Assembly (NCBI GenBank): GCA_029780855.1
Contig: JAKOXV010000024.1
Location: 43,275 to 107,274, forward strand
Length of the DNA stretch: 64,000 bases
DNA from: a bacterium
GTDB lineage: Bacteria; Patescibacteriota; Saccharimonadia; Saccharimonadales; JAUPVS01
Direction: 5' to 3'
Of this stretch, positions 35,793 through 44,893 are shown piece by piece. Under the pieces are notes generated by a model. The model was not told where the DNA came from. It did no database searches and was given only the letters and a program-made list of their open reading frames with translations. The position numbers and the translations under genes are program-made. How positions within the stretch are numbered: position 1 is the stretch's first letter; every line of letters begins with the position of its first letter.

Positions 35793-36823
35793 CTACCTAC
35801 CAAGAATACGATTAAACCGAGCACTCCCACCACTTGTCCAATGACCCAAAAACGCATGGTTATTTTGGTCTCAGGCCAGCCACTAGCTTCAAAATGATGG
35901 TGGATTGGCGAGCTCTTAAAAATCTTCTTACCGTTCCGTAGCTTCTTTGAGGTAACCTGTAAAATAACCGAACCGGTTTCTGACAAAAATACGAATCCTA
36001 TCAATGGCAGAAGGACCACCGTGTCAGTTAGCATCGCTACTACTCCGAGCGCCGTACCAAGTGCAAATGAACCCACATCTCCCATGAAAAACCTCGCTGG
36101 AAAAATATTGAACCACGTATAACTCAGCAAGGCGCCAACGATACTCATACAGAAGCCGGCTACACCGTAACGGCCCTCAAGAAACGCAATAATGGCATAC
36201 ATCGCGAACGCTATGGAACACAGACCGCCAGCCAGGCCATCCAGACCATCAGTAATATTGACGGCGTTGGCAGTTGCGACTACTACCAATACAAACAGTG
36301 GCACAATCAACCATCCCAGGTGGAACGATCCGTATACGGGGATGTGAATACTGGCCACGTCTAGTTTGAAGTAAAAGAACAATCCGCCAACTAACGCTAC
36401 GATCGTGGTCAAGAGAAGTTTTAGTTTTGAAGGTAACCCGGCTACCCCCAGCCCAGAACCGCGAATGTTGATGATATCGTCTATCAAACCAACCAGCCCT
36501 GCTCCGGCAAAAGCCGCGATTGGCAGCCAAGTTTCGGTACGTTCCAGATTAAATAGAAGTGTCACAATCCCCACCGCTGCTACAAAAATCAGACCAGCCA
36601 TCGTGGGAATGTGACGTTTGTGTTTTTCAGCATGTAGCTTTTGAAATACTTTTGCCACTTCACCCGTCACAGAAGTACTTCGCTGTTTTTTCCACCACTG
36701 CCCCCGGTAAGCCAGGGTGGTATAGAGTGGCGTCAACACCATACTGACCATAAAGGCCAAGAATCCTAGCCCAAGTATTCTAACGACGGTTGCGGTTTGT
36801 ACGGTTACATTTAGTGTCGACAT
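35783..36823 (-). CDS. mraY: phospho-N-acetylmuramoyl-pentapeptide transferase MraY
   Basis: NAVNITDGLDGLA and MGDVGS motifs. Polytopic membrane protein. Confidence 0.93.
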   Translation of the reverse strand: MSTLNVTVQTATVVRILGLGFLAFMVSMVLTPLYTTLAYRGQWWKKQRSTSVTGEVAKVFQKLHAEKHKRHIPTMAGLIFVAAVGIVTLLFNLERTETWLPIAAFAGAGLVGLIDDIINIRGSGLGVAGLPSKLKLLLTTIVALVGGLFFYFKLDVASIHIPVYGSFHLGWLIVPLFVLVVVATANAVNITDGLDGLAGGLCSIAFAMYAIIAFLEGRYGVAGFCMSIVGALLSYTWFNIFPARFFMGDVGSFALGTALGVVAMLTDTVVLLPLIGFVFLSETGSVILQVTSKKLRNGKKIFKSSPIHHHFEASGWPETKITMRFWVIGQVVGVLGLIVFLVGRWL

Positions 36824-36847
36824 AAAATATTCCTTTTATTATACCTG

Positions 36848-38680
36848 TTACTGCCCTTTGGGCGTAATGTTAAAGTTGTTTATTAGCATACTGGCAAGAT
36901 CAGAAAATATTGGCGCTGCAGCCCGAGACCCTGCATATCCGCCTATTCCCGGCTCATCTACCCTAGTAACTATTACATACTGAGGAGCATTGCCTCCTAC
37001 AAAACCCATAAAGGTACCGTTAAACTTATCTTCAAAATACCCTCCGGAAGGATTAGCGATCTGTGCGGTACCGGTCTTGCCGCCAATCGTGTAATTGCCT
37101 TGAAAGTTAGGAAAACCATACAGAACATGGTTCTTAGAAAACGTGTATTCCATAAATTCCTGAATATCCTGTCCGACATCGCGTTTAACTACGTTACTGC
37201 GCACAATAGTCGGCTTAGCATCCTGTAGGCTTCCCTTAGAATCGGCGTAGCCGTCAACTAAATGCGGCTTGTAGTATGTACCGCCGTTTATCACACTTGA
37301 TAAAGCCGCGCCCATTTGTAACGGCGTAGCAGTCATACCCTGCCCAAAGGAGGTGTTGGCATACTGGAGATTGAGCCCATAGCCCTCGTTTGGGTCGGGT
37401 ATAGTTCCAGCGGCTTCATAACCCTGTTCAATGCCCGTTTTCTTACCAAACTGATAGTGGTTCGTCATGTAGTCAAACCAGCGGTCCCTAGCTTGTTTAT
37501 TAATCTCTCCGCCGCCCATCTGCATTAACAGCCACGTTGCCCCCGTGTTAAGTGACAGCTGTAAAATATCAGCGATCGTCCGCGTGCCAGCGCCGCCATC
37601 TTCTTCAATGTTAGTGATTTCAAAACCGTCTACCTTGAAGTGACTCGGATCATAGTAGCTTTGATTCTTACTAACTACCCCCAAATCTAGCGCCGCAGCA
37701 GCGGTTAGCGGCTTCATGGTTGAGCCAACCTCGAGTGGTGCACTGACCGTGCCGTTCGTAAATACGCTGGGATCATCAACTTTATAAAATTCACCCGGAT
37801 TAAAGGTTGGATAGTTGGCCATAGCCAGAATTGCACCCGTATTGGGATCCATAATAAACGCTCCACCAGATTTTGATTTTGCACTATCGAGACCTTTTTT
37901 AAGTATCTCTTCCAGCTGTTGCTGCATCGCAATGTTAATAGTTAGCACGATCCGCTTGCCTGCCACCGGTTCTTTAACGACATTATCTTTATTTGCAGCG
38001 AGTGGCACTCCGGCGGCATCTGTAATTGCCTTTAATTGTCCTGGCGTACCTTTTAGTTGGTCATTAAGCGCCTGCTCAATGCCATACTTTCCAATACCTT
38101 CATCATTTACAAAACCGAGGACTTGAGCCGCCAGATCACCCTGCGGATACGTCCTTACGCTCGTTTCCTGAGTGCCGATGCCTTTCCACGCAAACACCGC
38201 CCCTCGTTTAGACGCTAGTTTTTCATTTTCAGCTTTGCGAGCGGCATCAATCTTGTCCTTTTGCTGTTTCGTAAGTTTTTTGGCCAAAATCACGTACCGT
38301 GTGTCCGGTGTTTTGATGGCTTTTATATAGTCACCACTACTCCCACCAATCACACTTGCAATCGCAACAGCAGACTTTTCAGCGTCAACAACATATTTAG
38401 GATCAGCATACAAGGTATACCGTTTTTCGTTTAGCACTATCGGCAATAATCCGTCGCCATTATGAGCCTCAATCACCCCCCGCTCTGGTTCTATCTGATA
38501 CTGTTTGAGCTGGCTAGCGAGCGCCGCTTTAGAGTAATAATCATGCTTAATAACCTGTAAATAAAATAACCGAACCACCAGTACGGAGCCAACCAAAAGC
38601 AATGCCACATACCAAAGACGCATGCGCTGCAAAGCGGTCAATCCGCGGCCAGAATATATAGGGTTCGAATTTGGTCGCAT
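36848..38680 (-). CDS. ftsI: class B penicillin-binding protein (FtsI-like transpeptidase)
   Basis: N-terminal TM helix, dimerisation domain, and motifs STMK (GSTMKP) and KTGTA. Confidence 0.9.
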   Translation of the reverse strand: MRPNSNPIYSGRGLTALQRMRLWYVALLLVGSVLVVRLFYLQVIKHDYYSKAALASQLKQYQIEPERGVIEAHNGDGLLPIVLNEKRYTLYADPKYVVDAEKSAVAIASVIGGSSGDYIKAIKTPDTRYVILAKKLTKQQKDKIDAARKAENEKLASKRGAVFAWKGIGTQETSVRTYPQGDLAAQVLGFVNDEGIGKYGIEQALNDQLKGTPGQLKAITDAAGVPLAANKDNVVKEPVAGKRIVLTINIAMQQQLEEILKKGLDSAKSKSGGAFIMDPNTGAILAMANYPTFNPGEFYKVDDPSVFTNGTVSAPLEVGSTMKPLTAAAALDLGVVSKNQSYYDPSHFKVDGFEITNIEEDGGAGTRTIADILQLSLNTGATWLLMQMGGGEINKQARDRWFDYMTNHYQFGKKTGIEQGYEAAGTIPDPNEGYGLNLQYANTSFGQGMTATPLQMGAALSSVINGGTYYKPHLVDGYADSKGSLQDAKPTIVRSNVVKRDVGQDIQEFMEYTFSKNHVLYGFPNFQGNYTIGGKTGTAQIANPSGGYFEDKFNGTFMGFVGGNAPQYVIVTRVDEPGIGGYAGSRAAAPIFSDLASMLINNFNITPKGQ

Positions 38681-38701
38681 AGCGAGCCTAGCTAGTATAG
38701 C

Positions 38702-39049
38702 TTAGTTTTGTACCGTTGCCGAAGGCGCGACAGATACAAGATTCTTTGCCACATCACTGTTCTGAATTCTATCAGCCGCCTGCAGCCGGGCTGACGAAAT
38801 TTCAAGATCATCGTGCTGTTGCTGAAGCTTTGTTGCCTGATCTTGCAATGAACTGATTTTGTATCCGTAGGCGTTTGTTTTAGTGACCTGCGTAAGATAC
38901 AGAAGACCCAAAACGCACGCTAGGACGATCAAAATAATTGTATTGCTGACCGGTCCTATTGTTCGGGCAGGTCCACGGAAACTCGTGCTATTTTGATTGC
39001 GTTGTCCAAAACGCTGGCGATTCATTGCCATAGAACTTGAATATGTCAT
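38702..39049 (-). CDS. ftsL: FtsL-like small bitopic division protein
   Basis: 115 aa with a basic N-terminus, a single TM helix and a coiled-coil-like C-terminus. Positioned between rsmH and ftsI. Confidence 0.65.
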   Translation of the reverse strand: MTYSSSMAMNRQRFGQRNQNSTSFRGPARTIGPVSNTIILIVLACVLGLLYLTQVTKTNAYGYKISSLQDQATKLQQQHDDLEISSARLQAADRIQNSDVAKNLVSVAPSATVQN

Positions 39050-39222
39050 CTTATTTTAATCTTTGTTTTTATGTTTGTTTTGGTGGTAGGTGCCACTGTT
39101 TTGGCAGCACCTACCGCTTTCGCTAAAAAGTTTCGTACAAGTTCTTAGAGAACTTTAACGCGTACTTTGTAGCTACGGGAGCTACTTTTTACCTGAATTG
39201 GCATGTAACTAGCCCCTTTCTT

Positions 39223-40116
39223 TTATGTGTTTATTTTCTCTGCGGCTCGAAGTTTAGCACTTCTCGCTCGCGGGTTAGAAACAATTTCTTTGTCGCTACC
39301 GGTGACTGGTTTTTTGGTAAGAACGGTAACTTTGGCTTCATACCCTTCCGAATATTCCGCAAAAATTCTTTTGACGATCCTATCCTCAAGGCTATGAAAA
39401 CTTATCACCCCTACCCTTCCACCAGGTTTTAGCAGATCTATCCATAGTGGTAACGCTTGCTCCAAAAGTCCTAGTTCGTTATTTACGACAATACGGACGG
39501 CTTGGAAGGTACGCGTGGCCGGATGAACCTTACTGTGCCCTGGCCAGGCTTTGGTAACGATTTTTGCGAGCTGTGTCGTGGTGGTAAAGGGACGATTGCG
39601 CACAATCATCCTGGCTATTTGTCTGGCTTTTGGTTCTTCTCCAAAACGCCACAGGATATCACTCAGCTCTTCTTCCGTGTAGCGATTCACTACATCTGCG
39701 GCAGTCAGAGCTTGACTGGTATCCATACGCATATCCAGCGGTGCATCAGTCGTAAAACTAAAACCACGGCTCGCTTTGTCAAGGTGCGGTGACGACACGC
39801 CAAGATCAGCCAGTATCATATCGTACTGCTTTCCAGCATTGCTCAGTTGCTGGCTCGCGGTCAAAAAATCTGCATGTATGATATGCGCCCCTTTTGATGC
39901 GAGTGGCTCAAGCGCTGCAATTGCTTGTTCGTCGCGATCAACCAAAGTCATTAACTCCGGTGCCGCTGTCTGTGCAAGTATTGCGCTGGCGTGGCCGCCG
40001 TATCCTGCCGTCATATCTACGTAACTTTCACCTTTTTCTGGTTTCAGTATCGTAAGTACGTCGTCGAGAAGTACGGGAATATGATTGTTCTGATCTGTTT
40101 GGTGCATGCTTTGCAT
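39223..40116 (-). CDS. rsmH: 16S rRNA (cytosine1402-N4)-methyltransferase RsmH
   Basis: HIPVLLDDVL...DMTAGYGGHA...DLGVSS.HLD...SFHSLEDR motifs. Confidence 0.95.
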   Translation of the reverse strand: MQSMHQTDQNNHIPVLLDDVLTILKPEKGESYVDMTAGYGGHASAILAQTAAPELMTLVDRDEQAIAALEPLASKGAHIIHADFLTASQQLSNAGKQYDMILADLGVSSPHLDKASRGFSFTTDAPLDMRMDTSQALTAADVVNRYTEEELSDILWRFGEEPKARQIARMIVRNRPFTTTTQLAKIVTKAWPGHSKVHPATRTFQAVRIVVNNELGLLEQALPLWIDLLKPGGRVGVISFHSLEDRIVKRIFAEYSEGYEAKVTVLTKKPVTGSDKEIVSNPRARSAKLRAAEKINT

Positions 40117-40548
40117 TCTCTATGTTTGTTTTTGTTTTTGCAAGGTCATTCAATGGTTCAATTCTCTCCTATTATGGAATTGAACGATAGATGCCTTGCC
40201 AAACTTTTTGTTTTTGCAAGGTCACCTATTCAGCAGTCAACTTTTTGTTTTTTGGTTGTTTTTGTTTTTGTTTAACTGCTTTAGGACGGCATGTAGATGT
40301 TTTTAGAGAAAGGTATTTCACTTTCGAAACGTCTGACCATCTTAGAGCAAAAGTTGAGAGACTTATGTGTGAGGTGGAGTTTTGGGAGGTGTTTTGATAG
40401 AAGGTGCTAAGGTTTTTATAAAGTGGTGCCTTCGGCCACTTGTTGACTGCCGAATAGCTAACCTCGAGCCCACGTGCAATCACGTGTTGTATTGGTTTCT
40501 ATTCGTGTATTCGACCCTGGTTGTTAATGAACTGCTAATAAACCCGGC

Positions 40549-40902
40549 TCAACCTGCCATGAGGCGCCAGTACCTACCTGCCCGGACCGCTACTACATCC
40601 CGCGAGATTCCTGCGTAGTCCAGCAAGTGCTGTTCAAGCGTGATTCTGCCCTGTTTTTGATCCAGGTCGTTATCACACTTTCCCATCCTAAACTGCACGT
40701 TCAAGTCGGCCGTTTTTTCGTCCAGGATATTACCCTGAAGTTGTGGCTCGACCTGTTGTTCCCAAACGGATTTGGGATACAGGTGCAGGTACTTTTGAAA
40801 GCCCCTAGTGATTACTACTCCTGATTCAAACTCGGCTCGAAGTTCGGCTGGTATTGTCAGCCTCCGCTTGTCGTCAAGTTTGCGTTGAAAGTAATCCACC
40901 AT
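40549..40902 (-). CDS. mraZ: transcriptional regulator MraZ (short form)
   Basis: LDDKRRLTIPAELR and QKQGRITL (DxxxR-type SpoVT/AbrB repeats). First gene of the dcw cluster. Confidence 0.85.
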   Translation of the reverse strand: MVDYFQRKLDDKRRLTIPAELRAEFESGVVITRGFQKYLHLYPKSVWEQQVEPQLQGNILDEKTADLNVQFRMGKCDNDLDQKQGRITLEQHLLDYAGISRDVVAVRAGRYWRLMAG

Positions 40903-40962
40903 GGTTGCCTACAGTTTTTAGCTGTAATTTTTGTTTTGTGGTGTGGTTGCCTTGTTTTTGGC

Positions 40963-41010
40963 TACCCACTTTTACCCACTGACTTGAATATACTACCCAC
41001 GCTTACCCAC
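40963..41010 (-). promoter_or_regulatory. mraZ promoter with four GTGGGTA direct repeats (candidate MraZ operator)
   Basis: TACCCAC occurs on the + strand at 40963, 40973, 40994 and 41004 (spacings 10, 21, 10 nt). On the - strand TTGCAA, 18-nt spacer, TATATT lies between and over the repeats. Confidence 0.6.
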
Positions 41011-41065
41011 TTGCAAGTCTTTTTAGGATAAAAGCTACATACTTATCCACAATTGTGTCCACATA

Positions 41066-41092
41066 TAAAAACACACCACATATGTGGTGTGT
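41066..41092 (-). terminator. intrinsic terminator of gene 41111-41611
   Basis: Palindrome ACACACCACA-TA-TGTGGTGTGT (41071-41092), followed on the - strand by UUUUUAU. Confidence 0.7.
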
Positions 41093-41110
41093 TTGGTAAA
41101 TTTTTCGTGT

Positions 41111-41611
41111 CTAACTGTTTCCGTCGCCTACAAAGTGTGTGCCTTCAGGCAACTCAACACCCTGGGATTGCTGCAGCCCTGCATTTTTATCAGCCTGAGA
41201 CGCTATGAGATTTTCAGCATGCTGGCGAGCGCCACCTTCTAGTGGCTTGCCTTCAGCGTCAACTAAATGGGCAGCAATATTCTGCGGATTTTCTTCTGGG
41301 CCGACTGTATGCATTTCTCCCACTTGCTCCTGCAGTTCTTTCGTGTAGTCTGGAACATCGTGTTCTGCACGATAGTGTAGTCCTGCGGTAACGCTAGCAG
41401 CTGCTAAGCCGAGTCCAAAACCGACCCTTCCGAGTTTACGCACTACACCGGCCTTACGGTGAGTACGGCGCTCAATCTCTTCTGGAGGTGTATCCATACC
41501 CTCATATAACCGGGCTATGCCAGCCGGGCTTGCTTCTTTATGTTGATTCCATGGGTGTTGGTTTTTATTCATAACGCTTTGCATTATAGCATAAGCTTTA
41601 TTATGTGTCAA
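41111..41611 (-). CDS. hypothetical protein with one central TM helix
   Basis: 166-aa ORF with native composition. No family recognised. Confidence 0.55.
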   Translation of the reverse strand: MTHNKAYAIMQSVMNKNQHPWNQHKEASPAGIARLYEGMDTPPEEIERRTHRKAGVVRKLGRVGFGLGLAAASVTAGLHYRAEHDVPDYTKELQEQVGEMHTVGPEENPQNIAAHLVDAEGKPLEGGARQHAENLIASQADKNAGLQQSQGVELPEGTHFVGDGNS

Positions 41612-41627
41612 TATTGTAGCGTTATTG

Positions 41628-42884
41628 CTACGTTTGTCGGAACTCGTGCAACAGCTTTGCGAGCCATTTTGCGCTCGGGCGGATCGTGCGCTTCATGCCA
41701 TGCTTTCGGTCTACCTCAACTAGTCCAAACTTTGGCCACCAACCATATTTCCACTCAAAGTTATCCAGTAGGCTCCAATGTAAATAGCCACGCAAGTCTA
41801 CCCCTTCGCTTAGCGCCCGCTCCATAGCAATGATCGTTTCTTCCAGCCACCACTGCCGATACTGATCATTTGCATCAGCTACGCCGTTTTCTGTGATGAA
41901 TATCGGTTTTTTATGGTGAGCCCAGATACGAAGTAATAGCGGATAAATGCCCTCCGGCTCCATGTACCAGCCTAAGTCATTGAGCGGTATGCTCGGATTA
42001 TCTTTGCGGGCATTCCGATAGTAATCAGTGAAGTAATAATTGAAGCCGATGAAATCTTGCTGATTGCGGATCCGCCGGTAGAACCACCAGTTCCAAAAGT
42101 AGCGCATCACCTTGGTAGATATCTCATCTCGAATATCGTGAGGACGCTTGGCCTGAATGTTTGCGAGCTGCTGGGCAATGCCGATCTGTAGATGTGGATG
42201 CGCTTTCTTGAGCAGTCTATAGGCACGCTTGTGTGCCACGACAAGATTGTAATAGACCAAAATGAAACTAATGGGACTTTTTTCTTGTGGCGGCCATTCA
42301 CCAGTTAAATATCCGAAAGTAGCGTATACGTTCGGCTCATTTAGGGTAATGATATGGCGCAAATCTTGTCCGAACTCCTCCGATATCTTAGCTACGAACC
42401 TAACGAAGTATTTAATGTTACTGCGCTTTTTAAAGCCGCCTTTTTCTACAAACCAAACCGGCATAGTCCAGTGCCATATATTAAGGAATGGTTCAATATT
42501 TCGTGCCCGTAGCTCTTTGAGGTAATCACGATAGTGTGCAATCGCTTCATCGTCCCAAACACCCTCCTCTGGTTCCAGCCGTGCCCACTCTATTCCAAAT
42601 CTGAAAGCATTCATGTTGAGCTTCTGAAGGATATCAAAGTCCTCTTTGTATCTTCCGTAATGATCAATGCCATTTCCAGAAACATAGTTGTTTGCATCCT
42701 GCGCTTCATCCTTAAAATCAGGCCATGTAGGAATGCTACTGAGCCGCTCTTTGGCGGTCTTAGCGAGTTCCGCGGCATGTGCCAGTTCCCATACCGTCCA
42801 ATCGTTGTGGTTGCCACCCTCTACCTGATGGCTCGCCGTACTAGCACCCCAGTAAAAATCTTTTGGAAATATTGATTTTTTCAT
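41628..42884 (-). CDS. glycoside hydrolase family 1 beta-glucosidase
   Basis: Catalytic motifs LNEPN (acid/base) and ITENG (nucleophile). Start FPKDFYWGASTASHQVEG. Confidence 0.92.
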   Translation of the reverse strand: MKKSIFPKDFYWGASTASHQVEGGNHNDWTVWELAHAAELAKTAKERLSSIPTWPDFKDEAQDANNYVSGNGIDHYGRYKEDFDILQKLNMNAFRFGIEWARLEPEEGVWDDEAIAHYRDYLKELRARNIEPFLNIWHWTMPVWFVEKGGFKKRSNIKYFVRFVAKISEEFGQDLRHIITLNEPNVYATFGYLTGEWPPQEKSPISFILVYYNLVVAHKRAYRLLKKAHPHLQIGIAQQLANIQAKRPHDIRDEISTKVMRYFWNWWFYRRIRNQQDFIGFNYYFTDYYRNARKDNPSIPLNDLGWYMEPEGIYPLLLRIWAHHKKPIFITENGVADANDQYRQWWLEETIIAMERALSEGVDLRGYLHWSLLDNFEWKYGWWPKFGLVEVDRKHGMKRTIRPSAKWLAKLLHEFRQT

Positions 42885-42893
42885 AACTTACTA

Positions 42894-43610
42894 CTACTTT
42901 ACCGTTTTTTTAGGTAAACGCATATATCGCTCCCGTAACTCGGGCTCAAGGCGCTCCAACGAGTAGCGCAGCATAGTCCTCGGCATATCGTTTGCGTGCC
43001 TATCCAAAAAATCCAAGAGAGCACCTTCGTCTTTTTTACCCGCTTCCCGTAGCATCCACCCTGCCGCCTTATGTATGAGGTCTTGAGTATCGTGCATGAG
43101 TAGTTCTGCCACCCGAAAGGTGTCATCAAGCTGACCGACACGAATAAAATGCCAGGTACTTACCATAGCTATACGGCGTTCCCATATACTATTGGACGCT
43201 GCTAGACGATAGAGCTCATCCCGCGGCTTATCCATCAAAAAACCACCTATAACGTCGCGACAACTAACATCTACAATATCCCAGTTATTAATCCTATCCG
43301 TGCGGTTGAGGTAAAGGTTGTAGAATTGTTGCTTCATTTCGGGCCCGGCGCGCTTGGACCCTTCGGCCATGATAATGACCGCCGCTAAACGGTGCTCATG
43401 GATGGGGCTCTCCAGTAGTTTTTCAATTTCATCAATCGGCAGCTGTTGGTACTTGGCGGCAATCTTTCTGATTACTGGTACGCGCAAACCCAAAAATACG
43501 TCCCCTTCACCGTACTGCCCCTTTCCGGTTTTAAAAAAGCGTTGCAAAAATTCTACATCTACAGGATTGGCCTTTGCATTCAGCTCTTGCTGTACTTCAA
43601 GTGCGGTCAT
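42894..43610 (-). CDS. DNA alkylation repair protein (AlkD-like HEAT-repeat)
   Basis: [32 protein letters not shown] and WDIVD motifs are typical of the family. Confidence 0.85.
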   Translation of the reverse strand: [238 protein letters not shown]

Positions 43611-43612
43611 GA

Positions 43613-44170
43613 TTAATCCTTGTACGCCGGCATATCAAGTAAATCCTGGATACTCGCCACATTTTGCATAATGCGGTTGGCCATGTAAATGTTGTTTTTG
43701 GAAAGCTTCTTAGCCGTATTGAAATCAACAACCTCAACCTCGATCTTCTCGCCGGGATCGGGCTTGAGTGGCCCTCGTTTTTTGAGCCCCGTGGCAATGT
43801 AGCGATAGCACCACCAGTCCACCTTATGACTGCCGATATCCTCAATCATTACGAGCTTAAGATTCTCAAACTCCATACCTGTCTCTTCAAGCAGTTCTCT
43901 TTTCGCCGCAACGAGCGGGTCTTCACCTCCCTCAATATGACCACCGGGAAAACCCGTATTTGCCGGTCGGCCAGGCTGCTCTTCATGAATGATCACCAAC
44001 TTATTGTCAACTATGGGAATAATACCCACTGCATTGGCCCGGGAGGCCATTTCAAAGGTAGCGTGGGTGCCATCGTACAGTTCTTGATCCCACTGATACA
44101 GATCAAAGATTACGCCTTCAAACACTTTCCGGGCGTGCTTTGGAACTTTGCTTATTGCTCGTTGTTTCAT
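43613..44170 (-). CDS. NUDIX hydrolase
   Basis: Nudix box GGHIEGGEDPLVAAKRELLEETG. Confidence 0.9.
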   Translation of the reverse strand: MKQRAISKVPKHARKVFEGVIFDLYQWDQELYDGTHATFEMASRANAVGIIPIVDNKLVIIHEEQPGRPANTGFPGGHIEGGEDPLVAAKRELLEETGMEFENLKLVMIEDIGSHKVDWWCYRYIATGLKKRGPLKPDPGEKIEVEVVDFNTAKKLSKNNIYMANRIMQNVASIQDLLDMPAYKD

Positions 44171-44217
44171 CGTTTTAATTCTACTATGAAAGTTGGTTTA
44201 GGCCTGCGTGGTTTATA

Positions 44218-44889
44218 ATGTGCCTAATGAAACTTGCAAAAATACATCACCGAGAAAAACTTGAACCTATGTGGCACGTCCAGCTCGCCCTGCTAGCTGC
44301 GATCGGTATTCAAGCTGCGTTAAGCGCTCGTTTTACCATCGGACCAAAGTATATTATTGCCGTTTTTGAAATCATTGCCCTGCTGGCTCTCAGTATTCCT
44401 GGGCGCAAAGCGGTCCCGTCCAATAGGTCTGCAATGGTGAGACGATTTTTGGCGTTCGGACTTCTGGGCGTTGTAACCGTCACCAACATCGGTTCTTTGA
44501 TTTTAGTTAGTCATGCGTTAATCACCGGCAACCACACCAGTGGTCATGCCCTCATTATTTCTGCATTGGTTATTTATGCCACCAATATCATTGTTTTTGG
44601 GTTACTGTATTGGGAACTAGACGGCAAAGCATCCGAAGGCCAGCCTATGGATCACCCCGACTTCCTATTTCCGCAAATGATGGTATCTGACCATATCACC
44701 AAACAGTCCAATTGGCATCCCAGCTTTTTTGACTACCTATACGTATCCATCTCAAACGCCACGGCATTTAGTTCAACCGACACCCTGCCACTTACCTATC
44801 GTGCGAAAGCCCTAATGGCCATTCAAGCCTTAACCGCCATAACCACCATCGCGCTCGTAGCTGCCCGAGCAGTCAACATCCTGGTCTAA
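44218..44889 (+). CDS. DUF1345-like membrane protein
   Basis: Five to six TM helices and FFDYLYVSISNATAFSSTD, characteristic of DUF1345 (from memory). Confidence 0.65.
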   Translation: MCLMKLAKIHHREKLEPMWHVQLALLAAIGIQAALSARFTIGPKYIIAVFEIIALLALSIPGRKAVPSNRSAMVRRFLAFGLLGVVTVTNIGSLILVSHALITGNHTSGHALIISALVIYATNIIVFGLLYWELDGKASEGQPMDHPDFLFPQMMVSDHITKQSNWHPSFFDYLYVSISNATAFSSTDTLPLTYRAKALMAIQALTAITTIALVAARAVNILV

Positions 44890-44893
44890 AAGA

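Noticed and set aside
40226-40483. 85-aa ORF in the mraZ-rsmH spacer.
   Set aside because: It is a low-complexity (KQKQKQPKNKK) translation of an A/C-rich repeat, has no SD, and overlaps the direct repeats and hairpins.
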